Assembly: GCA_030141605.1 (NCBI GenBank)
Contig: JAQGDQ010001448.1
Coordinates: 1-40,540, forward strand
Reading direction: 5' to 3'
Source: Tubiluchus corallicola
Taxonomy: Eukaryota; Animalia; Priapulida
DNA: 40,540 bases
Positions 23,993-36,622 of the stretch are shown here, piece by piece. Positions within the stretch are counted from its first letter, which is position 1; each line of letters begins with the position of its first letter. A program made the translations under genes and the position numbers. The notes under the pieces are model-generated. The model did no database searches. It was given only the letters and a program-made list of their open reading frames with translations, and was not told where the DNA came from.

Positions 23993-26046
23993 TAAGCTGG
24001 CAGTACGGAACGGCACTAAAATGCTTAAACGTACGGTATCTTTTCAATAGTACGGTCGGCTAAGAAATTACTGTATTAGTCCGCACCTTTATCGTATCTA
24101 TTCCGCACCTTTATCGTATCTATTCCGCACCTTTATCGTACCTATTCCGCACCTTTATCGTATCTATTCCGCACCTTTATCGTATCTATTCCGCACCTTT
24201 ATCGTATCTATTCCGCACCTTTATCGTATTTAGTCCGCACCTTTATCATATCTATTCCGCACCTTTATCGTAGTTAGTCCGCACCTTTATCGTATCTATT
24301 CCGCACCTTTATCGTATTTAGTCCGCACCTTTATCGTATCTAATCCGCACCTTTATCGTATTTAGTCCGCACCTTTATCATATCTATTCCGCACCTTTAT
24401 CGTATCTAATCCGCACCTTTATCGTATCTATTCCGCACCTTTATCGTATTTAGTCCGCACCTTTATCATATCTATTCCGCACCTTTATCGTATTTAGTCC
24501 GCACCTTTATCGTATCTAATCCGCACCTTTATCGTATTTAGTCCGCACCTTTATCATATCTATTCCGCACCTTTATCGTATTTAGTCCGCACCTTTATCG
24601 TATCTATTCCGCACCTTTATCGTATTTAGTCCGCACCTTTATCGTATCTAATCCGCACCTTTATCGTATTTAGTCCGCACCTTTATCATATCTAATCCGC
24701 ACCTTTATCGTATTTAGTCCGCACCTTTATCATATCTATTCCGCACCTTTATCGTATTTAGTCCCGCACCTTTATCGTATCTAATCCGCACCTTTATCGT
24801 ATTTAGTCCGCACCTTTATCATATCTAATCCGCACCTTTATCGTACCTATTCCGCACCATTTATTCTCAGTTTGTCTTCATATTTCTATTGGTCAGCAAC
24901 TCAGTATGACGACTTATTTTGCTTGCGTGTGGGACTTACTGTTCTCCCCTAGTTGTCTGGAAGCTGGAGTTGTCATTTTCCGTAAATTACGTTTATATTT
25001 GTTTACAGATTTCTTCCCACGTGGCCTAAGGACAACGCTTTTCACCTTTCTTCACTGCTATTAACAAATTTTAGCTGCATTAGGTCTTTTATGTCAAGAA
25101 AAAAGCACAAATAATCAAGAACACACGCTTTAGCTATATTTCGTATTGGCTTTAAGTGCAAAATGTGGCTGGGCATGTGAGTAAAAATGTGGCTGGGCAT
25201 GTGAGTAAAGCCCACAGCAATCCCACGCCCCAACAATCGAAGAACAAGAGGTTCTAAAAACGCCTCATTGGTCATTGAGAGGGGGACCCCCGCTGGTTTG
25301 ACGTTCTGCGACCTATGTATCCAAGGTAGCGCCACTGTTTTAGCTGCTTTTTCTAGCTAATGTGTTGTAATCGACGACACATCTCAAGGCATGCAGATAA
25401 TGTTGAAACAAGAACATTTCAAAATGTACGTCGTTAATGAGGAATGCTTAGAACTTTGCCAATGTGTGCAAAACAATAACTTTTCATTTTCAGAATAAAT
25501 AATTCAGTTCAATTCAGTTTCATTTGCACTAATACATACAATGTACATTTGCAAATCATTACACGTTAAATACTACATAAACCCTCAGTAAGATCAAACT
25601 GCTGTTTTAATGTCATTTATGCTTAATATAATCATTATCACCAGACTAATTTAGTATATATACAGTACATACAAAATTAGTATATATATACGATATATAT
25701 ATATATATATATACATAGAGCATACCGGCCTTGTGTAGCTTTTATAATCTAAAATAAATGGAAGTTCAGACAGCAGTTCTATTTTGTACCTTTCATAAAT
25801 ATGTAGAAAAATTGATAAATTTATCGTTCTACAATTAAGTTTCATGCCACTCCTGTCGCAGATCATGCAAGCACTTGGTACTTGGTACATTCGTACAAGG
25901 TACGGAATATGGTATGGAATTACGGTGCGATGTTTTATCGTACTAGCATGGTACGGTTCAATTTTGCAGCTACGGTACGAAATGACGGCACGGCGTTTTT
26001 CCGAGGTACGAATTACTTTATTTCTTCGTACAGTACCGGCGAGTTA
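23993..26046. mobile_element. Possible degenerate TIR element with GTACG-rich subterminal repeats enclosing the 23-bp array
   Basis: GTACGG-like motif clusters at 24001-24060 and 25875-26040. Weak terminal inverted match (~13/20). No convincing TSD. Confidence 0.3.
24077..24858. repeat. 23-bp minisatellite, ~34 units (TCCGCACCTTTATCGTATCTA-like)
   Basis: Visible tandem units with alternating TCTAT / TTTAG / TCTAA variants. Confidence 0.97.
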
Positions 26047-26340
26047 TGCTCTTTGCTTATTAGTGAGATAAAGAGGATAATACATCGGTGTTAAATTCTA
26101 TAGAGCTGGTTAAAGAAAAGGCCATGCCTTCTGGGAAATTAGACTTATTTGAAAACTCAGGAAAAATGTTAAAAGGATTTAGTAATAAAAGTGTGATAAG
26201 CGGCTCGTGCAATTAGAAAAAGCAGCTTAAAGTGGTGATTATTTCATGTTTGAGCTGCCATTTTGAGTGTATTTTGTCACAATAATGGCTAAATTTATAA
26301 GATACTGAAAAAATACAGAGAGTTTACGAACAATTGAGGT

Positions 26341-26894
26341 AAGTTTAGAAGGATGCATATCGCAAAAGTCAGTGTGTATCTGACCAGTAGACGTGAAGTT
26401 GCAAGTTTAGAACGATGCATATCGCAAAAGTCAGTGTGTATCTGACCAGTAGACGTGAAGTTGCAAGTTTAGAACGATGCATATCGCAAAAGTCAGTGTG
26501 TATCTGACCAGTAGACGTGAAGTTGCAAGTTTAGAACGATGCATATCGCAAAAGTCAGTGTGTATCTGACCAGTAGACGTGAAGTTGCAAGTTTAGAACG
26601 ATGCATATCGCAAAAGTCAGTGTGTATCTGACCAGTAGACGTGAAACAGCAAGTTTAGAACGATGCATATCGCAAAAGTCAGTGTGTATCTGACCAGTAG
26701 ACGTGAAGTTGCAAGTTTAGAACGATGCATATCGCAAAAGTCAGTGTGTATCTGACCAGTAGACGTGAAGTTGCAAGTTTAGAACGATGCATATCGCAAA
26801 AGTCAGTGTGTATCTGACCAGTAGACGTGAAGTTGCAAGTTTAGAACGATGCATATCGCAAAAGTCAGTGTGTATCTGACCAGTATACGTGAAG
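26341..26894. repeat. 62-bp tandem repeat x9 overlapping the 3' end of the LRR gene CDS
   Basis: Units AAGTTTAGAACGATGCATATCGCAAAAGTCAGTGTGTATCTGACCAGTAGACGTGAAGTTGC start at 26341 and recur every 62 bp to 26837; nearly identical. Confidence 0.98.
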
Positions 26895-27071
26895 CAGCAG
26901 CAGAAACTTTCAGTGGATCCCGATTGGCAGGGTTCATGGGATCACAAAATTCTTCCCTTGTAATTTCATCTTCTCCATGGGTTTTATACGGCACAGCACA
27001 ATCGACTACTGATTTGGCCCAATTGACCGATTTCAACCATTCCAGACTGCAATCGCAATACAGGCGGCTTT
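26803..27071 (-). CDS. LRR gene terminal exon (LRRCT cap plus hydrophobic, GPI-signal-like tail)
   Basis: Acceptor TACTTTTAG|AA, phase 1. Reads (E)SRLYCDCSLEWLKSVNWAKSVVDCAVPYKTHGEDEI...SAAASRILVRYTLTFAICIVLNL. The CDCxLxW...C..P pattern is an LRR C-terminal cap and resembles the start of the 36450 exon. Confidence 0.82.
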
Positions 27072-28177
27072 CTAAAAGTAGATAAAAAACTTGTTCAGGG
27101 GATTATCAAGATTTTACGCCTACTTAGGCTGATAATTCTGTCCGGCCCATCTCTATTATGTATTTATGTTTTTTATGTGATGAGAAAATTAAACAAATTT
27201 GCTTGTGCTGTATTAGAAACACCATTAACCTAGTTTCTACGTGGTCATTATCAATTACATGTATTGCCTAGCGCTTATTTTCAAGCATGCTGCGCAACTG
27301 CTTGTTGTGTAATACCTTCCACCTGTTCGTTATGTGGCACTAATATAAGAACAGTTCTCAGCAACTGCCTGTGATGTGTTATAAAATGTACTCTTTACAT
27401 GAACATGAATGAAGGCATACACATCTTCCGAGGAGAATAAGAATTTTTACTAAAATATGACGCCCTCAAATTCGGCGCCTAAGGCTATAGCCTAATTAGC
27501 CTATTGGTTAATAAGCCCCTAATTATGGTGACATATAAAGTTTGAATACATTATACGTCAGCACCCTGAGAAATGGATAGACTTTCCATATAAGAGGACC
27601 ACCAAATGTTGGAAAACTTCTAATGTTCTAGCATGCCAAGTGGAACACTTGCGAATTCAAGGGGTTACAGGAACCTCACAAGGACTTCCTCTAAATCCCT
27701 CTCATCACTGCTCTACCGCCAAGCCTGCCACGCCACCAAATTACCAAACCCGCTAAACTGCCAAACTGCTAAACTGCCAAACTGCCAAATCCCAAAACAA
27801 ACTCGCCAAAGTTAACCGACTAAATCATAGCTAATCACATTGTAAGTTAGTTAGTGAGTCAGACAGTCAATCAGTCGGTATATGCGTGTGTGCATGTGTT
27901 CATTTTCAGTCATTCGCTTGTTTACGTACATTCTTGGTTTTTTCGATACGGTCAGTTAGTCAGTCTGGAGAGTGAGTAATTACAGTTAATTGGCTTACGA
28001 GTTTGGGCATAATGTTGTTCTTTTCTACATAGTTATATTGACAAAGATTTTACCAAGAAATGTATGACACCTTGATATGCTGACAAAGTTAAAAGTTCGT
28101 CTATATAATATGGGTTTCCAGTTCATATTCAGTATTTGAAATCTCAAATGGGAAATATTTGATTCTTAAATATTGAA

Positions 28178-30916
28178 GAGCGCGTTCGCGAGAAGACCAT
28201 GCAAAATCGAAAAATTCGGGCACAAGGCTAGGTAACCGATTCGGACCAAAGTTCGGGTATGAGGTCCACCAGTCACTAGTATTCACTATGTGAATCCGCT
28301 TAGTCCAACTCCTCATAGTAGCAGAAGTACGGCATAGGCCGATTTTCATGAAAAAATGCCTATTTTTCTCTATTTTTTACTCATATTTGAAGGATTAGCC
28401 ATGCAGCAACCACTGGGTTTGAATAGATCTGACTCTGCACAGTATTGGATCTTGTTATCTTCTCCAAAATGACTTTTAGACATTTGTCCCAAACCCCCCT
28501 CTTTCGGCTCTACTGGGGGTCTTTAAGCTCACATTACGTGCAAGATGCAAATACTCAGTCATTTCAAAGTCTTATATCTCACTCACTGCGAGGGCGGGGA
28601 CAAACATATCGATATGTATGTGAATAGAGCATCCCATCCCACTATGCTGCAGTGACAATATCGATGGAGCGAATTTCCACCTTATTGTAAAAGACCCCTG
28701 AAAGATATATATCAGGGTGAAAATATAGCTAACAACGTTCATCAAAAAGCTTCGTGTAGGTAAACATGAGTTGTCAAATCTTGTCAAAATACTTCAAAAC
28801 ATCATAAATATTCATCTTTGGCAACTAGGGGCCTGGTCAGCTCAATGGTTAAACTACTGACAGGATTGGACTCCAGCATTCAAGATGGCGGCCACTGCTG
28901 AACTAAAATGTTCGTTTTCTGGGCTGTTTACCAGCGTTAAATGCGGTATTCTGACTAGTTATCCGCACGAAACGAATATTGTGAATCTATTAGCCTGTAC
29001 TAAAGACGCTGGACCGCATTTAGAGCGCTTCCAATCTTAAAAAAATGAAATATCTACGGAATGGAAATTGCTTCTTGCAAGGACTGGAAAATGTTTTATG
29101 TACTGTTTATTTTCTATACTTTGTAAATGTTATGTACAGGTTATTACCTAGTTATTATTCATTGTGTTACATAGGCGTACAAGCCAGGACACAAAGAAAA
29201 TTGCCCTAAATTTGAGCGAAAGCCCAAAAAACATGGGACAGACTTGATATCATTTGTCCGGTGATTTTTTGACTATAAAACATCGAAAATTTTTGTGCCA
29301 TTGGCGCAATCATTCAATCACACTATTAATATTTTTTGTCAGAAGTATCGATTTTGTGCCACAAATAAATTATGAGCGAAGAAAAAAAAGCTAAATATCA
29401 CCGCCATCCCCCTAGAAGGGCCCGTGAGCTTATATTGTCTCATGTTTAGACTGTAAAATTTTCACTTTATCACTTTCCCCATGATATATTTGTCTATATT
29501 TCTGTATCTATCTTCTAGTGCTAATCTACCTGCATCGATAATTCTTTCTCTATTATTTAGATATTATGGTTTTGATTACTTGTACTACTCTTCAGTGATA
29601 GGATTATGCTGCTACAATAGGAACAGTATTTTGGAGAAATAAATTCTGACTGAGTTTTGTAGTTTTTCATTTTTGTACTGATATTCATAATCTTCTATGT
29701 ATAGCCATGAAGCTTATTCATATAAAAGGTATAAAAAATGAACGAATGTATAAAAATGAACGGATTTCTATTTCATATGTATATACCAAGTGTTGTCAGA
29801 TTCTTTCGCTAGCAATGACTCTCAATCTTAACAATCGGTACTTCTTTTCTATTAGAAGGCTTATTGTTTAGTCTTTCCTGGTATCCATTAGCGATTCAGT
29901 GTGTAGAGAATGCCCTGAATCAGGGTCGGACTCGGTACTAGGGGCATGCATGATGTCCTATCCTGAAATCCATCAGAAGAGGCAATTATTCATATTTGTA
30001 GTCCTATGAAAATTCCGACATAACTAAACCAATTTAAGATGAAATTCGCAAATTTCTAGCAATTTCCATGGCAAAGGAATCTATTGCTACTAGGAATGGA
30101 GAGCACTAGTCACAGAAAATGCAGGTTAAACGTGGCTAAATATCTACTGTCATATAAGGACCTGAGCTAAGTATGTCTACTTTTTACACAAGGACGGAAT
30201 TACTATGGAAAGTAAAAAAGTGTGTTGATATGGTAATTTTTTCTAACAGTGCTCCTCTATATAATGTCATTCATGATATTATCTCAGCTTGTGTGTTTTC
30301 ATGAAATTTAGAATACAGATTTGTCACTTATAATCCAGCACATAGACAGGAAAAATATTGAAAAACTACAAAAAAGGCGAATTTTGCTGATTTTTGTGAA
30401 ATTTTAAAGTGAAAGTAATAAATACTGAAACTGGCTCCAGCAAATTTTCTTTTTTATATTATTAGTGAGGATGATGGTTAACACATACATGAAAACCAGA
30501 TGTTCTGTAGCCCCGCAGTGGGCGAGTTATGAGCCTTACAACTTAACCTCTCCCTGGACTCTTAACAAAGAGCCGAATTTGAAAAAACCCGTTCTCTGAT
30601 ACTATTAATAGAATGTCAGAAAAAGTTAGGATATCAGAAGACAATGTCTGGGTCTATGTACCAGCCAACTTACATCGACCCATCTATAATAGTTTCTAAA
30701 GGAAAAAAAGTTAAAATAACCCCCCAAAATAGCGATTTTTTGCCTCTTTTGAGGTCAATTTCTTGATGTGGTCATTTCTCTGCCAATAGTAGCTCGATCG
30801 ATTTGATATCTTGGTTACATGGTTTTGGGGGGTCGCCCTTCATGTTAGAAAAAAATGAAATAAATTCGTCACCCCTCATGTGCCACCCTCTGCATGGTGC
30901 TCTCGCGGACTCCGTC
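28178..30916. mobile_element. Non-autonomous TTAA-type DNA transposon (Sola3/Kolobok-like), ~2.7 kb, inside an LRR gene intron
   Basis: Imperfect 26-bp TIRs: GAGCGCGTTCGCGAGAAGACCATGCA vs reverse complement of the right end GACGGAGTCCGCGAGAGCACCATGCA (19/26). Flanks TGAA / TTAA. No transposase ORF. Confidence 0.6.
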
Positions 30917-32335
30917 TTAAATTATTAGGGATGCTGCTTCAGAAATGTACAGATGTCGTTTTAATGCTGTATAAAACGAAACAAAAATATATGTAAATTT
31001 AATGTTGTTATTGTAATTTTAAACAAGCAGACATGCGAAAGTTTATACATAAACTTGATAAAAACCTGAACAAAAAACAAATATTTTCTGCATAGTAATA
31101 GCCTAAAATTGTCACAGTTCAAGCTTGATCCATTCAGGTAAGCTCGTGACAACTGACAACAAATTTGAGAGCCGCAATACTTTCTCTACTAGTGTTCAGA
31201 CATTTGCGCATGGCCGCATGCGCACAAGAACCAAAGACCTCGTTGCCAAAGCGCACTGGCTTGTCCGTGAAGCAAACAGTACTACTCTCACGTGCTCTGG
31301 TTCTGTACATGTATAAAGAAAGAACTAAAGAAAAAAGACTTATTATGTTAAACATTATCAATAATATCGAGTGAAAATAGGGGGTGTGATGGCCTCATGA
31401 CATCTGACATCGTCTTGTGCCGTTGCACTTTTAATGTTGGAGGCCGTGGTTACATTCAAGACAATGGTGGATTAACAATTAGTCAAATAAGACTACACTA
31501 CAGGCTTTCATCTGGTGAACTAGAAAAAACGGGCCACTTGATGTCCCCGGTTCCCGTCAACGTGTTTACGTCACAGTGAAAGTGGAGCAATAAACCAATA
31601 TTGTTGACGTCACAGACAGTTCGCAGCAGCGTTTAGCCTCGTTCCCATTAATGACGTAACTTACGTTCTCACAAACACTCACTCGCCGCAAGTCGCTACA
31701 GTATATAAACAAGCGTGAAAAACATGGACGAATTTCAAGTGATTCATCGGCGATTCCAGAAATTGTATAGTAAAGGAAAGCAGTGTTAAATAATGCTTTT
31801 GATTAAATTAGTAAATTAATAATTCAAGATTAAATTCTTGACGATGCAAGACTAAACTATTGTCGTGGATAGAAGCCTAGTTAGGTGTGGCATCACGTGA
31901 CCAGCTGATGTTCGACCGGCTGACTCAGAAGATTGATAAAGTAATTCTCATGCGCAGAAGCTCATGGAGCATTAGGTAGATAGGCAAAACTGTTTTGAGG
32001 CCCGCACCTCGGGGAGATTAGGAACTGACTTGAAGACGGAGGGTTGGCATTACTATCCTCTTATATTTACCGTGTTGTGTTTGATCTTTAATAATTGTGT
32101 TGTTTATTAAATAAAGTCTTGATAGTTTACCATGCCCATGGTGGCTCCCTCACACGCCACGCAATAAACAACAATAATCAGCAAGCAGCTTTAACCACAA
32201 GAATAACTAAACTTCAATCAAATTATTTTACTGTGTCGCTGTAGAAAATAAATAGAGCTTGTCTAGCAAATTCTTTCAAAGAGGACTTACAAATTATTAC
32301 ACTCGAGAATAAGTTTATTCTGAAAACAAACTCAC

Positions 32336-33088
32336 CTGTTACACTAATTGATATTTTACTAGGCGGCCTTCGGCGATCAAGTTTTGGCTTTGTTATCTTC
32401 TGTATACCTGTAGCATCAACAACAATAGATTCAATCCTGATAAGGTTACTGAGGTCCAGATTTAGTGTTTGCAAGCGCCAGCAAACAGAAATACGTATCT
32501 TTTTCACATATCTCAGTCCAAAAAATGCATTTGGATGAATTGTCTGCAAGTCGGGGCTTGATAATATGAGCAGTGTATCTTTTACTTTGCCAAGTATTGC
32601 ATTTTGCCCGAGTTCTACGAGCTTGGAATTAATGATGAGCAACTGCCACACGTACTTTCCTGCAAGAAACCTGGTAGGAAGTTGTGCATCGCTGTAACCG
32701 TAAATTCTTAGCTGATTTACATAACATGGCAAATGATTGGAAATTTTTGTTAATCTTGCTTTGTCTAATTTTGCTCCAGATTCTCCACATACTATGTTGC
32801 ATTTGCCATCATTTGGTAGCCAAGTGTCTGTTTTCCAACTAGTGCATCCCACTACATACAGATCACATGGGTATTTTGTTTTTGGTGTCGCTGCTGGCAG
32901 AAATGTGGTTGTTGTCATGTCAGGACATTTTAGGCGCTCAGCCCTCTCTTCTGTGAAATCTACGAGCGTGAGGCATATCACACTATGATCTTGAAGTTCA
33001 CATGGCACTTTACATTTAACTGCAGAGAATTTCCAATCAACAAGCTTTGCCCATCTGTTTACGCATGCGCAGCGGAAGTCTTTGTTAC
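32336..33088 (-). CDS. LRR gene internal exon (753 bp, phase 1-1): LRRCT, Thr-rich linker, Cys-rich N-cap, ~5 LRRs
   Basis: Acceptor TTTTACAG|GT and donor ACAG|GTGAG. Reads (G)NKDFRCACVNRWAK...KCKVPC...TTTT...VNQLRIYGYSDAQLPTRFLAG..VWQLLIINSKLVELGQNAI..LQTIHPNAFFGLRYVKKIRIS. Confidence 0.87.
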
Positions 33089-33317
33089 CTGTAAAATAAC
33101 GCAGTAGTCTATGACAAACAGTGGTGATGATGATGATGATGATGATGATGGTAATTCAAATAAAACATTTCTCATCACAAATCAAACGTCTGCAACAGAA
33201 TTTAAGAACATTGTTTAAAATCCCAATTTTACAAGCACATAAAGACTTCAATGCAATCCTATTTTTATAGAAATATGTCAACAATATTAACATGTCCTTC
33301 ATAAAAAATAAGCTTTA

Positions 33318-33600
33318 CATATATATATATGATATATATAATATAATATAATATAATATAATATAATATAATATAATATAATATAATATAATATAATATA
33401 ATATAATATAATATAATATAATATAATATAATATAATATAATATAATATAATATAATATAACATAATATAATATATATATAATATATATTATTATTATAT
33501 TATATTATATTATGTTATGTTATGTTATGTTATGTTATGTTATGTTACATTACATTACATTATATATAATATTATATCATATATAATATATATATAGTTA
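33318..33600. repeat. Compound AT-rich microsatellite: (ATATA)n, (TTATG)n, (TTACA)n
   Basis: Directly visible. Confidence 0.95.
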
Positions 33601-33919
33601 TTATATGACTAAATAACTTTTTCTTATCTTCATCATCGATTTATATATATTATTTAATGCTAATGGTCTTTTTTTCCCACATTTCTGCGTAAGTATTTTT
33701 TAATTTCGTTTCGTATTTTATTTTATTGCGAGTGACAAGGCAGTTGAAAAGTGAAATCAAACAATAAAGGACTACTACAAAACCAGTCCAAATTAAAACA
33801 AAGTGAATTAAATAATATGAGCAAGAGATTACGGTAAAAACACAAAGAAGAAAAATAGCTGCTTACATTTGTCTGTTGGAAAGTGCAAAAATTGCTAAAA
33901 TCAACATGATATAATGACA

Positions 33920-34400
33920 TTTTTAAATAATTTTCTGTTGCCAGCATTTACAGTTGGAGCGCCATTCACATATGTGGGTAGTTTATTCCATAAACTTACA
34001 ACTCTGTTGCTGAAGAAACGTTTGAAGCAATTAAGCGAGCTTTTTTAAATTGGAATTTCAAAAGGTGGCCCTTGTGATATTTGCAAGTGGTGCAAATTTG
34101 AAAAGCAGATTCACTTGACATTGATATGTGGCCATGAATACATAGTTACATCATTAAAAATGAGTCTTAATTCTATGGGTTCCAGTTTGAGTATTGATAA
34201 TCTATTTGGGTAAAACGTGGAATATGCGCGTGAAATATCTTTGTACATGGAATAGCTTGGAAGCAGTGCAGTTTATGTACTGATCTTCCCATTCTATCGT
34301 CTATGATCCAAATCACTTATACAGTTTTTGTCCCTTATAAAAATTGCTAAATTTTTAAGTACATAACATCTGTGAAAACCTAATATTAGACGAATTGTTT
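33920..34400 (-). mobile_element. Degenerate CR1/L2-like LINE 3' fragment
   Basis: The minus strand at ~33976-34020 reads RFFSNRVVSLWNKLP, the typical CR1-clade ORF2 C-terminal motif FFS.RVV..WN.LP. It is preceded by GH..K and KLEPIELR-like remnants. Boundaries approximate. Confidence 0.68.
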
Positions 34401-34682
34401 TGGGGCAGCATGAAAGAGGACATATATAAAACATCTCCATCTGACACTGATTATTATATGACTTCTAGGCAAACGAGGATGGTATTCTGTTGACATATTA
34501 AAGCTCTGTATGCAAATTATTTATGCCTAAATAGCCTGTGTCTAAAATACCTTGCGTCTAAATGAACCCAGTGCGCAAATGTCTTGTTTCCAAATGAGTC
34601 ACGTGTCCAGATGTCTTGTGTCCAAATGAGTCACGTGTCCAGATGTCTTGTGTCCAAATTACCCGTGTCGAACTAGCCTATA

Positions 34683-35148
34683 GGTTTTATAAGGGGAAAT
34701 CGCCCCCTACCCACTCTCGACCCCCCCCCCCCCCCACACACACACACTCACACACTAGGGGGTCCTCATTTTCAGGACTTCCCTTACGAAAAAGGCAAGG
34801 ATTTTGAAATTGGTTTTATTTTGGAATTAACGTAGAAAAATGAGCTTAGAAAAGAGGAAAATTTAGCAGCGGCGTGCAAAGTTTCAATGAAAAGAGAATA
34901 AAGTCAACTTTATACTTTATTTGGCCAGCAGTAACTTATATCACTATACGCCACGACAAATCGAAAATTGTAGTCAGATTTTTTCTAACACACAATAAAA
35001 TCGAGAAAAACAAAACCAGAAAATAAACAGAAATGTGGTTCATCATTCATTTTAGTTCATTTTTCTATTTGTCGTGTAATTTAATTTTTATGTTGAGGAC
35101 ATCCGGAACCTAAGGTGCCCAGGGCCCCAAGTTTTAAATCGGGCGATG
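34683..35148. mobile_element. Probable hAT-like insertion splitting a GTGTCCAAATGTCTT-like repeat array; mirror 40083-40540
   Basis: Flanked by 8-bp direct repeat AGCCTATA (34675-34682 and 35149-35156). Right end GGGCCCCAAG..AAATCGGGCGATG is hAT-like; left TIR incomplete. Related ~16-bp repeats lie on both sides. Confidence 0.45.
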
Positions 35149-35475
35149 AGCCTATATGTTCAAATAACTTTGAGCCCAAATAACCTACGTGCCCAAATGT
35201 CTTGTGACGAAAGGTACTGTACTAATAATAATACTTAAGGTACTGTAATAAATGTAGTACTGTACATTTTACTGTGTCTAAATGTTGGTGTTGAAATTTC
35301 TGCAGGCAGATAATGTTGCGCTTTTGCCCAAGTTGATTTTAGTCGGAGCTAAACAGAGCTTCATTTGTCATAATAGTTTTATTGCACCTAATTAACATGC
35401 CTACCAAATGCACTTTGTCTTAAAATCTACTGTTTTTAAATATTTACATATTTACAAATATATTTAGGTTTTACA

Positions 35476-35750
35476 AGTCAAATGTAGACGTACGCTAAGT
35501 CAAATGTAGACTTAGGTAACTGAAATGCAGACTTAGGTAACTCAAATGTGTCTTGGTAACTCAGATGTAGACTTAGGTAACTCAAATGTGTCTTGGTAAC
35601 TCAAATGTAGACTTAGGCAGTTCAAATGTGTTAACAATGGTTTTCAAGAAATCTTAAGCGTCAAATGTAGATACGTGTCAAGTCAAATGTCCTATGTCTA
35701 CATTTGACTTACCTAAGTCACATTTGAACTTTCCTGTGTCTGCATTTGAC
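35476..35750. repeat. ~20-22 bp degenerate repeats (AAGTCAAATGTAGACTTAGGT) switching orientation at ~35695; mirror 39481-39755
   Basis: Direct units followed by inverted units: AAGTCAAATGT-CCTATGTCT-ACATTTGACTT. Confidence 0.85.
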
Positions 35751-35778
35751 GTGTAAGACCTATAGTAAAACATAATAC

Positions 35779-36450
35779 CTGTGATTACTAACGAAATATC
35801 CCTAGGCGAGCGCTGAAAATGCAACTTTGGCATATCCATATTAATAACTCCCGTTCCTTGAATATCGATACTCTGTATCTCCAAATTGTTGGATAAGTCT
35901 AGATTAATTATTTCAAGCTTTTTGCAGAATCGTATTATGATATTCTTGACAGTGTTCATTCGCTGAAATGCTTTGGAACCAAGTGTTGCTAAGTTCGGCT
36001 GGAACTTTAACGTTATGGTATCAGCAACACTAGCATAAATTGATGAATCGTGAATGACTTCAAGTTTGGAATTTATAATTGACAACATGTCCAATTTCTT
36101 TCCCTTCAGCCAACCGCTAGGCAATTCTCTGGATTGATATTTATATATTCTAAGCTCTCGGACAAAGGGAGCACTCGTTCTGTCAATCTCTCTTAAATCC
36201 TCTAGACGCAATTCCTGGCCTTTCCCGAATCCACACATGAGCCTACAGCCACGTTTCTGATCAGTTACTGGTTCGACGTAACAATGGTCATGGCGTACTC
36301 CACACTTAAGTTCCTTACATTTCATGAACTGTCCAAGTTGTATCTCATTCTCTGTGTGCTTTAATGGTGGGTTTGCACAGTCAACTACTGAACGTCTAAA
36401 GCCTTTAGTTTTTGTCCACTGCATGCTACAATCACATAATAGCTGATTAT
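35779..36450 (-). CDS. LRR gene internal exon (672 bp, phase 1-1): LRRCT, Cys-rich N-cap, ~5 LRRs
   Basis: Acceptor TTGTTGCAG|AT and donor ACAG|GTATT. Reads NQLLCDCSMQWTK...VVDCANP...VRELRIYKYQSRELPSGWLKG..LDMLSIINSKLEVI..LATLGSKAFQRMNTVKNIII. Paralogous to the 32336-33088 exon and splices in frame to it (ISLVITG-NKDFRCAC). Confidence 0.87.
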
Positions 36451-36519
36451 CTGCAACAAGATTAACAGAAGATCTGATAGATCATAGCCATAATCATGAC
36501 CATGATAGTGATGATAAAA

Positions 36520-36561
36520 TGATGATGGTGGTGATGATGAAGATGATGATGATAATAGTAA

Positions 36562-36622
<61 letters not shown>

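Noticed and set aside
28828-28900. tRNA gene
   Set aside because: Only an A-box-like 5' part; no anticodon arm, T-arm or acceptor stem pairing.
32223-32335. ORF-track C-termini of the LRR ORFs (also 35678-35778 and 39453-39553)
   Set aside because: They lie beyond conserved splice donors and are intron read-through, not separate complete genes.
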